Shown here: in pieces, positions 46,479 to 55,228 of the stretch
Numbering within the stretch: the first letter of the stretch is position 1
How the letters are laid out: every line of letters begins with the position of its first letter
NCBI GenBank assembly: GCA_964291625.2
Contig: OZ220090.1
Span: 192,001-256,000, forward strand
Length of the DNA stretch: 64,000 bases
Origin: Candidatus Latescibacterota bacterium
GTDB lineage: Bacteria; Latescibacterota; UBA2968; UBA8231
Reading direction: 5' to 3'
Made by a program: the position numbers and the translations under genes
Notes under the pieces: generated by a model
The model's input: only the letters and a program-made list of their open reading frames with translations
Databases searched by the model: none
What the model was told of the DNA's origin: nothing

Positions 46479-48026
46479 ATGCGTCTCTCCAGCGACTACC
46501 TGGTCGTCGGCAGCGGCATCGCCGGCCTCTACTTCTCCATCCTGGCGGCGAGGTCCGGGGCCCGGGTGGCGATGGTCACCAAGCAGGAGGCGGCCGACTC
46601 CAACACCAGGTGGGCCCAGGGCGGCATCGCCGCGGCTCTCGGCCCCGGGGACTCGCCCGGGACCCACGTCCGGGACACCCTGGAGGCCGGCGCCGGGCTG
46701 TGCGACCCCGGGGTGGTGGAGACCGTCGTCCGGGAAGGCCCCGGGCGGGTGGAGGACCTCGTCGCCCTGGGGGTGCGGTTCTCCAGGGACGACGGCCGCC
46801 TCAGCCTCGGCCGGGAGGGAGGCCATTCGGCCCACCGGGTGGTCCACGCCGACGACTGGACCGGCCGCGAGCTGGTGCGGGCCCTGCTGGCGGCGGCCCG
46901 GGCCGAGGAGCGAATCACCACCTTCCCCGGCCATCTCGCCCTCGACCTGATCGTCGACGGCCAGGGCCGCTGCCGCGGCGTCTGGGCGAGCCCCCGGGAC
47001 CGCCCCGGCGGCGAGGTCGTCGCCTTCACGGCGCCGGCCACGGTCCTGGCCACGGGCGGCGCCGGCCGCATCTACGCCTCCACCACCAACCCGGCCGTGG
47101 CCACCGGCGACGGCATCGCCATGGCCTGGCGCGCCGGGGCGACGGTGGCCAACCTGGAGTTCTTCCAGTTCCACCCCACGGCCCTGGCCCACCCGGAGGG
47201 ACGGACCTTCCTGATCTCGGAGGCGTTGCGCGGGTACGGCGCCATCGTCGTCAACCACGAGGGCGAGCCTTTCGTGGAGCGGCAGCTCGCCGGCGGCTCG
47301 CTCGCGACCCGGGATGTGGTCGCCCGCGCCATCGTCGCCGAGATGCGGCGCAGCGGCCGGGACTGCGTCTTCCTCGACGCGACGGCCAGGGACCCGGAGG
47401 AGACGCGCCGCCGTTTCCCCAACATCGGCCGCTACTGCGCCGGCCTGGGCATCGACATCACCCGCCAGCCCATCCCCGTGGCCCCCGCCGCCCACTACCT
47501 GTGCGGCGGCGTGCACACCGACATCGACGGTCGAACCGACCTGTCGGGACTTTACGCAGTTGGTGAAGTCGGGCACACAGGGTTCCACGGCGCCAACAGG
47601 TTGGCCAGCAACTCCCTCCTCGAGGCCGTGGTCCTCGCCGGCCGCGCTTTCGAGTCGGCCGATGGTGAGGCGCCCGTGTCCGCCACGTCGATTGCGGGGT
47701 GTCGCGACCGGTCCGGCAGCAGTGTCCCCCGCGCCCCGGCGGCCGACCGCCTGGGGCGGATCATGCTGGAGGAGGTCGGGATCACCCGCACCGACGCGGG
47801 CCTGCGCCGGGCCTGCGATCTCCTGGACGAACTGGACCGCGAGATCCCGGAGGGCGGCCTCGATCCCGCCTCCGTGGCCCTGCGCAACCGCATCGACGTG
47901 GCCCGGCTGGTGGCGCACTCGGCGCGCCGGCGCCGGGAGAGCCGGGGCGTCCACTACAACGAGGACCACCCCGGGCGGGACGACGAGGCCTGGGGCCGCG
48001 TCAGCCTGCGGCGCCGGCAGCCCTGA
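46479..48026 (+). CDS. nadB: L-aspartate oxidase
   Basis: GSGIAGL, AQGGIA, REGGHS, QFHPT, LISEALRG, HGANRLASNSLLE. Confidence 0.92.
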   Translation: MRLSSDYLVVGSGIAGLYFSILAARSGARVAMVTKQEAADSNTRWAQGGIAAALGPGDSPGTHVRDTLEAGAGLCDPGVVETVVREGPGRVEDLVALGVRFSRDDGRLSLGREGGHSAHRVVHADDWTGRELVRALLAAARAEERITTFPGHLALDLIVDGQGRCRGVWASPRDRPGGEVVAFTAPATVLATGGAGRIYASTTNPAVATGDGIAMAWRAGATVANLEFFQFHPTALAHPEGRTFLISEALRGYGAIVVNHEGEPFVERQLAGGSLATRDVVARAIVAEMRRSGRDCVFLDATARDPEETRRRFPNIGRYCAGLGIDITRQPIPVAPAAHYLCGGVHTDIDGRTDLSGLYAVGEVGHTGFHGANRLASNSLLEAVVLAGRAFESADGEAPVSATSIAGCRDRSGSSVPRAPAADRLGRIMLEEVGITRTDAGLRRACDLLDELDREIPEGGLDPASVALRNRIDVARLVAHSARRRRESRGVHYNEDHPGRDDEAWGRVSLRRRQP

Positions 48027-48111
48027 GCGGACCCCCGCTGATTGTCCCTCCCGGGCCGGCCGTTATATTCCCCTCTCTCCCCGCCCTCCTCCCCGCAGGG
48101 AGTCCGCCTCC

Positions 48112-49923
48112 TTGGGCATCGTCGTCCTCGACTTCGGCGGCCAGTACGCGCACCTCATCGCCAACCGGGTCCGGCGCCACCACGTCTGGGCCGAGATCCG
48201 CCCCCCCGACACCCCCGCCGAAGAGCTGGCCCGGGCCGACGGCCTGATCCTCTCCGGCGGGCCCTCCAGCGTCTACGCCGACGACCGCCCGCCCTTCGAG
48301 GAGACGGTCCTGGCCACCGGCAAGCCGATCCTCGGGCTGTGCTACGGACATCAGTTGCTGTGCCACACCCTCGGGGGCCGCGTCGAGCGGGGCGAGCGCA
48401 TGGAGTACGGCGCCGCCTCGCTGGAGGTGACCGCGGCCACGGGGGTGCTGGCCGGCCTGGGTTCGCGCGAGCCGATCTGGATGAGCCACCGCGACCGGGT
48501 GGAGGAGATCCCCCCGGGGTTCCGGGTCCTCGGCCGCACCGAGGACTGCCCGGTGGCCGCCATGGGCGACGACGGGCGCCGGATCTACGGCCTCCAGTTC
48601 CACCCCGAGGTGACCCACACCGACTCGGGGATGCGCATCCTCGACAACTTCCTCGACCTGTGCGGCTGCGAGCGCGACTGGACGATGGAGGGCTTCATCG
48701 ACCGCTCCATGGAGCAACTGAGGGACCAGACCCGGGGCCGGAAGGTCTTCCTCCTCGTCTCCGGGGGCGTCGACTCCACCGTCTGCTTCCTGCTGCTCAA
48801 CCGCGCCCTCGGCACCGACCGCGCCCTCGGCCTGCACATCGACAACGGCTTCATGCGCAAGGGCGAGACCGCCGCCGTGGAGAGCCTGCTCAAAGAGTCG
48901 GGGTTCTCGAACCTCAAGGTGGTCGACGCCGGCGCCGCCTTCCTCGCCCGCGTCGCCGGGGTCGCCGACCCGGAGGCCAAGCGCCTGGCCATCGGCGAGG
49001 AGTTCATCGAGGTCCGCGACCGGGTGCTGGCCGACCTCGACCTCGACCCGGACCAGTGGCTCCTCGGGCAGGGCACCCTGTACACCGACACGATCGAGTC
49101 GGGGGGCACCGACCACGCCGAGGTCATCAAGACCCACCACAACCGCGTCGGCGTGATCGAGCGCCTCCTGGCCGAGGGCAAGGTGGTGGAGCCCCTGAGC
49201 CAGCTCTACAAGGACGAGGTGCGCGAGCTGGGCGAGAAGCTGGGCGTGCCCCACCACCTCGTCTGGCGCCACCCCTTTCCCGGCCCCGGCCTGGCGGTGC
49301 GGTGCCTGTGCGCGGGTCCCGGCGCCGGCCAGGAGGCCGCGGAGCCCATGGGCAGGCTGGACGGTTCCGGCCTGGACGCCGAGTTGCTGCCCCTGCGCAG
49401 CGTCGGCGTGCAGGGGGACGGGCGCACCTATGCCCATCCCGCCCTGCTCACCGCCGCCGGGGCCGCGATCCTGCCCGGGGAGGAGGGCGGGCCCTCCTGG
49501 GACGACCTGGAGCGCGCCTCCACCGAGCTGACCAACTCCACCGACCGCGTAAACCGCGTCCTCTTCCAGCTGGGACCGGAGCGGCGCCTGTCGCAGAGCC
49601 CGCGGGAGGCCTACCTCACGACGGAGCGCCTGGACCTGCTGCGCGAGGCCGACGCCATCGTCATGGAGGCCCTGGACCGCCACGGCCTCATGCCCCGGCT
49701 GACGCAGATGCCCACGGTCCTGGTCCCCCTCTCCTGGGACGGGATCAGCGAGAGCATCGTCCTGCGGCCGGTGACCACCGAGGACTTCATGACCGCCCGC
49801 TTCGGCCGCCTGCCGGCGGACTTCCTGCGCGAGGTCACCGCGCGGCTGCTGGAGCTTCAGGGGGTGGAGGCGGTCTACTACGACGTGACCCACAAGCCGC
49901 CGGGCACGGTGGAGTGGGAGTGA
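48112..49923 (+). CDS. guaA: GMP synthase (glutamine-hydrolysing)
   Basis: TTG start. LDFGGQY, GLCYGHQ, QFHPEV, SGGVDS, RHPFPGPGL, KPPGTVEWE. Confidence 0.95.
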   Translation: MGIVVLDFGGQYAHLIANRVRRHHVWAEIRPPDTPAEELARADGLILSGGPSSVYADDRPPFEETVLATGKPILGLCYGHQLLCHTLGGRVERGERMEYGAASLEVTAATGVLAGLGSREPIWMSHRDRVEEIPPGFRVLGRTEDCPVAAMGDDGRRIYGLQFHPEVTHTDSGMRILDNFLDLCGCERDWTMEGFIDRSMEQLRDQTRGRKVFLLVSGGVDSTVCFLLLNRALGTDRALGLHIDNGFMRKGETAAVESLLKESGFSNLKVVDAGAAFLARVAGVADPEAKRLAIGEEFIEVRDRVLADLDLDPDQWLLGQGTLYTDTIESGGTDHAEVIKTHHNRVGVIERLLAEGKVVEPLSQLYKDEVRELGEKLGVPHHLVWRHPFPGPGLAVRCLCAGPGAGQEAAEPMGRLDGSGLDAELLPLRSVGVQGDGRTYAHPALLTAAGAAILPGEEGGPSWDDLERASTELTNSTDRVNRVLFQLGPERRLSQSPREAYLTTERLDLLREADAIVMEALDRHGLMPRLTQMPTVLVPLSWDGISESIVLRPVTTEDFMTARFGRLPADFLREVTARLLELQGVEAVYYDVTHKPPGTVEWE

Positions 49924-49994
49924 TGGCGATCCCCCGGCGCGCCACAAGCCGACCCTGCTGCACTGAGGGACGGGCCACCCGGCGCCCGTCCCGC

Positions 49995-51245
49995 CTACCG
50001 GACCAGGTAGTACCGGCTCTTCCCGCGGCGGATCACCACGCAACGGCCGTGGAGGCGGTCGTCCCGGCCGACGCGGCGGGACTCCTCGGTGCAGCGCTCG
50101 CCGTTGAGGTAGATGGCGCCGGCGCCGATCTCCTGGCGGGCCTGCCGCCGGGAGCTGGAGACCCCGGCGTCGACGAGCAGCTCCACGAGGCCCTGCTCGT
50201 CGCCCTCCATGTCGTGGGAGGGCACGCCGTCGAAGGCCAGCTCCAGGTCCTCCTCCCGCAGGTCCCGCACCCGGCCCTGGAACAGGGCCCGCGAGATGCG
50301 CTCGGCCTGGCTGGCGGCCCCGGGGCCGTGGACGACGGCCGTGGCCTCCCGGGCCAGGGTGCGCTGCGCCTCCCGGGCGCCGGGATCGGCGGCCACCGAC
50401 TCCTCGAGCTGGCGGATCTCGTCGGGGTCGAGGAAGGTGAAGATCCGCAGGTAGCTGCCCACCGTGCGGTCGTCGGTGTTGATCCAGTACTGGTAGAATT
50501 CGTAGGGCGAGGTCCGCTCCGCCGAGAGCCACAGGGCCCCGGCCTCGGTCTTGCCGAACTTGGCGCCGCCGGCGCTGGTCACCAGCGGGCAGGTGAGGCC
50601 GAAGGCCTTGGCGCCGTCGGCCCGGCGGATCAGGTCGGAGCCGGCGGTGATGTTGCCCCACTGGTCGCTGCCGCCGGTCTGCAGCTGGCACCCGAGGCGC
50701 CGGTGCAGCTCCAGGAAGTCGAAGGCCTGCAGCACCATGTAGCTGAACTCGGTGTACGAGATGCCGGTCTTCAGGCGTGAGGCGACCGACTCCTTGGCGA
50801 GCATGTAGGGGACGGGGAAGTGCTTGCCCACGTCGCGCATCAGCTCGATGGCGGTGACCCCGGAGAGCCAGTCGAGGTTGTTCACCAGCCGCGCCGGGTT
50901 GGTCCTCACCTCGAAGTCGAGGAAGGGCTCCACCTGGGTCCGGATCCGCTCGGTGAAGGTCTCCACCACCTCCACCGGGTTCAGGGCCCGCTCGCTCTCC
51001 TTGCCGCCGGGGTCGCCGATCAGGCCGGTGCCGCCGCCCACGAGGCAGATCGGGTGGTGCCCGGCCAGCTGGAAGCGGCGCAGCATCAGCAGCGGCACGA
51101 GGTTGCCGATGGTGAGGCTGTCGGCGGTGGGGTCGAAGCCGTTGTAGAGGGTGATCGGCCCTTGGTCCAGCCGCTCCGTGAGGCCGTCGAGGTCGGTGAC
51201 CTGGTGCAGCAGGCCCCGGTACATGAGATCTTCGAGGACGTTCAT
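49995..51245 (-). CDS. tyrS: Tyrosine--tRNA ligase
   Basis: GFDPTADSLTIGN (HIGH-like), QTGGSDQWGN, KFGKT, C-terminal S4 domain. Confidence 0.96.
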   Translation of the reverse strand: MNVLEDLMYRGLLHQVTDLDGLTERLDQGPITLYNGFDPTADSLTIGNLVPLLMLRRFQLAGHHPICLVGGGTGLIGDPGGKESERALNPVEVVETFTERIRTQVEPFLDFEVRTNPARLVNNLDWLSGVTAIELMRDVGKHFPVPYMLAKESVASRLKTGISYTEFSYMVLQAFDFLELHRRLGCQLQTGGSDQWGNITAGSDLIRRADGAKAFGLTCPLVTSAGGAKFGKTEAGALWLSAERTSPYEFYQYWINTDDRTVGSYLRIFTFLDPDEIRQLEESVAADPGAREAQRTLAREATAVVHGPGAASQAERISRALFQGRVRDLREEDLELAFDGVPSHDMEGDEQGLVELLVDAGVSSSRRQARQEIGAGAIYLNGERCTEESRRVGRDDRLHGRCVVIRRGKSRYYLVR

Positions 51246-51261
51246 CTCTTTCGCTTCCCGT

Positions 51262-51302
51262 AAAGAAAAACCCCCGATGACGGGATCTCCGTCACCGGGG
51301 GT
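51262..51302 (-). terminator. Intrinsic (attenuator) terminator in the tyrS leader
   Basis: mRNA ACCCCCGGUGACGG-AGAUC-CCGUCAUCGGGGGU then UUUUCUUU, 16 nt before the tyrS ATG. Confidence 0.85.
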
Positions 51303-51324
51303 GTGAGGTCGAAGGGACCGGCGT

Positions 51325-51405
51325 CTAGCGCTCTGTTCCCCCGGTGCGGATGGTCTCGGCCCGGCGGTATCGGCGGTCGCTGACGATCGTTGCATCCGGT
51401 CTCAT
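51325..51405 (-). CDS. Putative tyrS leader peptide (26 aa)
   Basis: MRPDATIVSDRRYRRAETIRTGGTER*. Starts 7 nt after the -10. One Tyr codon (51367-69). Contains the antiterminator strand. Confidence 0.6.
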   Translation of the reverse strand: MRPDATIVSDRRYRRAETIRTGGTER

Positions 51406-51412
51406 GTCGGCC

Positions 51413-51442
51413 AATGTACAAGTCCCCGGCCGAAAACGTCAA
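51413..51442 (-). promoter_or_regulatory. Sigma70 promoter of the tyrS leader
   Basis: TTGACG, 18 bp, TACATT on the minus strand. Confidence 0.65.
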
Positions 51443-51525
51443 TCTCGCACTCGGCCCCGCGCGGGGCGTCAGGAGCTCTCCGGCGCTATCTTCCCGTCCA
51501 TCCACCGAATCCAAGGAGATCCCCC

Positions 51526-52374
51526 GTGACCCTTCCCACCCGCACCCTCGGCCGCACCGGCGAGACGGTCACCGCCCTCGGCCTGGGCGGCGTCTGCTGG
51601 AACCTCGCCGACGAGGACGCCGAGGCCGTGGCCGTCGTCCACCGCGCCATCGATCTCGGCGTCACCTACCTCGACACCGCCTCCAAGTACAAGGAGAGCG
51701 AGCGCCGCCTCGGGCTGGCCCTGAGGGACCGCGACCGCGACGGGCTGTTCCTGGCCACCAAGTGCCTGGAGCGCTCCGGGGAGGCGGTGCGGCAGGAGAT
51801 CGCCGCCAGCTTCGAGCACCTCGGGGTGGAGCAGATCGACCTGATGCAGCTCCACGCCATCGACGAGGCCGGGACCCTCGAGGAGGTGCTGCGCCCCGAC
51901 GGCGCCCTGGGCGTGATCGAGGAGTACCGCCGGCAGGGCAGGATCCGCTTCGTCGGCCTCACCGGCCACACCCATCCGGCCCACTTCGTGCGCATGATCG
52001 GCGAGTACGACTTCGACACCGTCCTCAACCCCCTGGGCGCCGCCAACCGCGTCTGGAACGACTTCTCCTCCACCACCATCCCCGCCGCCCGCGCCCGCGG
52101 CATGGGGATCATGGCCATGAAGGTGATGGCCTACGGCCAGGTGCCGGCCGAGGACCGGGGGCTGTTCCTGCGCTACGCCATGGGTCTCGACCTCGACGTG
52201 GCCGTCGTCGGCATGGACACGGTGGAGCAGGTGGAGGAGAACGTGGCCCTGGCCGAGGCTTTCCCGCCGCTCACCAGTGCCGAGGAGGCACGGCTCTTCG
52301 ACGTCGCCGGACAGGTGGCGGCGGGGGACAAGAGCAAGCTGTTCTGGCTGCCCGAGACACGGGCCGCGGGCTGA
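51526..52374 (+). CDS. Aldo/keto reductase
   Basis: RTLGRTG, LDTASKY, LATK, IDLMQLH. Confidence 0.9.
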   Translation: MTLPTRTLGRTGETVTALGLGGVCWNLADEDAEAVAVVHRAIDLGVTYLDTASKYKESERRLGLALRDRDRDGLFLATKCLERSGEAVRQEIAASFEHLGVEQIDLMQLHAIDEAGTLEEVLRPDGALGVIEEYRRQGRIRFVGLTGHTHPAHFVRMIGEYDFDTVLNPLGAANRVWNDFSSTTIPAARARGMGIMAMKVMAYGQVPAEDRGLFLRYAMGLDLDVAVVGMDTVEQVEENVALAEAFPPLTSAEEARLFDVAGQVAAGDKSKLFWLPETRAAG

Positions 52375-52386
52375 GGAGGAGGAGAG

Positions 52387-53238
52387 ATGGAGAAGCGCGA
52401 GTACGGCCGGACGGGCGAGAAGCTGTCCATCGTCGGCCTGGGCGGCATCCTGGTGAGCGGGGTCGATGCGGACGAGGCGAGGGGCCTGGTGGCCGAGGCG
52501 GTCGACCGCGGCGTCGACTACTTCGACGTGGCCCCCACCTACGGCAACGCCCAGGAGATGCTGGGCCCGGCCCTGGAGCCCTACCGCAAGGATGTCTTCC
52601 TGGCCTGCAAGACCACCGAGCGCACGGCGGACGGAGCGCGGCGCGAGCTGGAGGAGTCCCTGCGGCTGCTGCGCACCGACCACGTCGACCTCTACCAGCT
52701 GCACGCTGTCAACACCGACGAGGACTTCGATCAGGTCACAGGTCCGGGCGGCGCCCTGGAGCTGTTCCGCGAGGCCAGGGAGCACGGGATGACCCGCTAC
52801 CTCGGTTTCTCCTCCCATTCCTCGGAGACGGCCCTGCGCCTGATCGAGGCCGTGGACTTCGACTCGGTGCTCTTCCCCGTGAACTGGTGCACCTGGCTCG
52901 GGGCGGACTTCGGGCCCGCGGTGGTGGCCGCGGCCGAGGCCCGGGGGACGGCCCGGCTGGCGCTGAAGGCGCTGGCCCGCGGCAAGATGGCCGCCGGCGC
53001 CGAGCGCAGGTGGGCCAAGTGCTGGTACGAGCCGCTGGAGGACCGGGAGCTGGCCGACCTGGCCCTGCGCTTCGCCCTGTCGCAGCCGGTCACCGCGGCG
53101 ATCCCGCCGGGGGAGCCGGCCCTGTTCCGCATGGCCCTGGAGATCGCCGAGAGCTTCAGGCCGGTCACGGAGGAGGAGGTGGACCGGCTGAGGCGTGAGG
53201 CGGCTTCCGGCCGGCCGATCTTCGAGCTGGCCGCGTGA
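52387..53238 (+). CDS. Aldo/keto reductase
   Basis: YGRTG, FDVAPTYG, LACK, DLYQLH. Confidence 0.9.
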   Translation: MEKREYGRTGEKLSIVGLGGILVSGVDADEARGLVAEAVDRGVDYFDVAPTYGNAQEMLGPALEPYRKDVFLACKTTERTADGARRELEESLRLLRTDHVDLYQLHAVNTDEDFDQVTGPGGALELFREAREHGMTRYLGFSSHSSETALRLIEAVDFDSVLFPVNWCTWLGADFGPAVVAAAEARGTARLALKALARGKMAAGAERRWAKCWYEPLEDRELADLALRFALSQPVTAAIPPGEPALFRMALEIAESFRPVTEEEVDRLRREAASGRPIFELAA

Positions 53239-53280
53239 GTTGGCGGCCGCTGGTAGGCATGCGGGTCCGGGGTTACATTC
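53164..53280 (+). repeat. Imperfect direct repeat, copy 1 (AKR 3' end plus tRNA promoter region)
   Basis: gtcacggaggaggaggtggaccggctgaggcg...ccgatcttcgagctggccgc...ggggttacattc recurs at 53932. Confidence 0.85.
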
Positions 53281-53287
53281 GGCGCCA

Positions 53288-53364
53288 GGGCGATTAGCTC
53301 AGCTGGTCAGAGCGCCTGCCTTACAAGCAGGAGGTCCCCCGTTCGAGCCGGGGATCGCCCACCA
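53288..53364 (+). tRNA. tRNA-Val (anticodon TAC)
   Basis: Acceptor stem GGGCGAT/ATCGCCC, D-arm, anticodon arm CCTGC-CTTACAA-GCAGG, TTCGA T-loop, encoded CCA. Confidence 0.96.
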
Positions 53365-53428
53365 GACTTCCCGCTGCAAACCCACCACATCCTGCGCCGC
53401 CGCTCCGGCGGCATGGCGCTCCGACGCG

Positions 53429-53467
53429 AGCCCCCGGGGACGGCCTTCCCGGGGGCTTGTTCGTTTC
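53429..53467 (+). terminator. Probable terminator after tRNA-Val
   Basis: AGCCCCCGGGGA-CGGCC-TTCCCGGGGGCT followed by TGTTCGTTT. Confidence 0.55.
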
Positions 53468-53527
53468 CGTCGAGGAGGGCCATCCCGGGCGTCCGGTGGC
53501 GTGGAGGGCGCCACCTCTAGCCGGGGG

Positions 53528-53556
53528 TTGCATTGGAAATTAGTCAGGGCTAATTT
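53528..53556 (+). promoter_or_regulatory. Sigma70 promoter with overlapping inverted-repeat operator
   Basis: TTGCAT, 17 bp, TAATTT. AAATTAG-N6-CTAATTT inverted repeat at 53537-53556. Confidence 0.55.
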
Positions 53557-53632
53557 ACAGTTTCACCCATGGCTAATATTCTGCGGCCCCCTGACCGGCC
53601 TCGGAGCGACCTTCAACCTCGGTGACAAGCGG

Positions 53633-53842
53633 ATGGTTGCGATTCCCAAAGATTGGATCGAGCGGGCGGCTCGAGTCTACAAGAGCAACTCGGAAGCCAG
53701 CAAAGCCCTAGGGATCGCGTCGGGCAGCTTCGCCCGCCTGTGCCGCAAGTACGGCATCGAGACTCCCTACGCCCGCCAGGAAAAGGCGCGCCAGGAGGCC
53801 AGGTCCCGGCGGAAGTCCAAGGGGCGGGACCGCGGCCGGTGA
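53633..53842 (+). CDS. Small basic helix-turn-helix protein (69 aa)
   Basis: MVAIPKDWIERAARVYKSNSEASKALGIASGSFARLCRKYGIETP... shows a Fis-like HTH pattern (N.S.AA..LGI....L...KYGI). Confidence 0.7.
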   Translation: MVAIPKDWIERAARVYKSNSEASKALGIASGSFARLCRKYGIETPYARQEKARQEARSRRKSKGRDRGR

Positions 53843-53931
53843 CACCTCCGGGAGGGATGCCCTGGGAAGGGATTCACGTCCGGCGCTGCACCTGCGGCAG
53901 TAAGGAGGACCTCCCCCGGGGGAACCACGTC

Positions 53932-54041
53932 GTCACGGAGGAGGAGGTGGACCGGCTGAGGCGGGAGGCAGTTGCCGGCAGACCGATCTTCGAGCTGGCC
54001 GCCTGAGCGCTGGTCGAGGCGCAGACCCGGGGGTTACATTC
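53932..54041 (+). repeat. Imperfect direct repeat, copy 2
   Basis: Encodes VTEEEVDRLRREAVAGRPIFELAA* versus VTEEEVDRLRREAASGRPIFELAA* in copy 1. Ends in ggggttacattc. Confidence 0.85.
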
Positions 54042-54282
54042 GCCGAGAAGGCGAGTAGATTCATGAAATACGTGCCATTCTGGGCCTGACCACCCGCGTC
54101 CAGAGTCCAAACCTGATCGACGGGTAGTTGACGGAGCACGGGCGGTCGGCCCGTGCAGATTCCGTAACCCACTGATTTTTCTGTACTTGTCAAATTGACG
54201 GCCAATTGACTGGCGCAGCGACACCGCGTCCATCGAAGGACGGCGCACCGACCGGGGACCGGCCGTCCCCGGGCTCCGGGCC

Positions 54283-55092
54283 ATGAAGGAATTCCGCCTC
54301 GGGCGCCGGCGGCTCCTCTACTCCGACGAGGGTTCCGGCCAGACGCTGCTGCTGCTTCACGGCGCGGCGGCGGAGCATGACGAAGAGGAGTGGGACCATC
54401 AGTGGCCGGTCCTGGCCCCGGCCGGGTACCGGGTGGTGTTCCCGCTGCGCGCCGGACGCGGGGGCAGCGATCCCGACGGCCCGGTGACCCTGGCCAAGGA
54501 CGCCCGCGACGCCTGGGCCCTGCTCGACCACCTGGGACTCGAGGCAGCGGTGCTGATCGGGCACAGCGCCGGCGCCGCCGTGGCGCGGCAGATGTACCTC
54601 ACCCGGCCGGAAGGGGTGCGGGCGATTGTCAGCGTCGACAGTGCCGCCTTCGGCAAGTTCGACCTCCAGTCCGGGGCACCCGGCCCCGAGCGCTATGACG
54701 AGGCCACCCGCGCCCTGCACGCCAGGCACCGCCAGGCCCTGGCCGCCATGGGCCGCGAGTGGGACTATCCGAGCGATTTCAACGTCGACCGCCTGACCCG
54801 CCTCATGCGCTGGCGGCGGGCCTGTCCCGGCCGCTGGGGGGCGTCCCGGGGCCGACCCGATCCGGACGACCTCCCGGTCCCGGAGGGCCGCTGGTGCCGG
54901 GTGCCTCTGCTCGTCTTCGCCGCGGGGCGGGGCCGCGTGCGCCCCGGGGATCCCGAGGCCGCGGACCTGGCGCGGCGGCTGCCCGGCGGGAACGCCCACC
55001 TGGAGGTGGTCACCGCCAGCGGACACTACATCCATCAGGAGCAGCCCGAGGTGTTCAACGCGAGGCTGATCGATTTCCTGGCCGGCCTCTGA
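54283..55092 (+). CDS. Alpha/beta hydrolase
   Basis: LLLHG, GHSAG, SGHYIHQEQPE. Confidence 0.85.
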   Translation: MKEFRLGRRRLLYSDEGSGQTLLLLHGAAAEHDEEEWDHQWPVLAPAGYRVVFPLRAGRGGSDPDGPVTLAKDARDAWALLDHLGLEAAVLIGHSAGAAVARQMYLTRPEGVRAIVSVDSAAFGKFDLQSGAPGPERYDEATRALHARHRQALAAMGREWDYPSDFNVDRLTRLMRWRRACPGRWGASRGRPDPDDLPVPEGRWCRVPLLVFAAGRGRVRPGDPEAADLARRLPGGNAHLEVVTASGHYIHQEQPEVFNARLIDFLAGL

Positions 55093-55228
55093 GACTCTGC
55101 GGGACCCCGGCCTCGGATGACGGCCGAGGAAGCCCTTCACGCTGGCGGTCTGGTCGAGGTAGCCGGCCCGGAGCGGATCCCCCTCGACCTGCCGCCGGCG
55201 GCAAGGTCCCGCGGGGGACGCGCCAGGC

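Noticed and set aside
51246-51412. T-box riboswitch upstream of tyrS
   Set aside because: No T-box consensus (GGUGG.ACC bulge) and no recognisable Stem I/specifier loop. The leader is short and contains a uORF instead.
53288-54280. Intact prophage or genomic island at tRNA-Val
   Set aside because: No integrase, phage genes or duplicated tRNA 3' end in the window.
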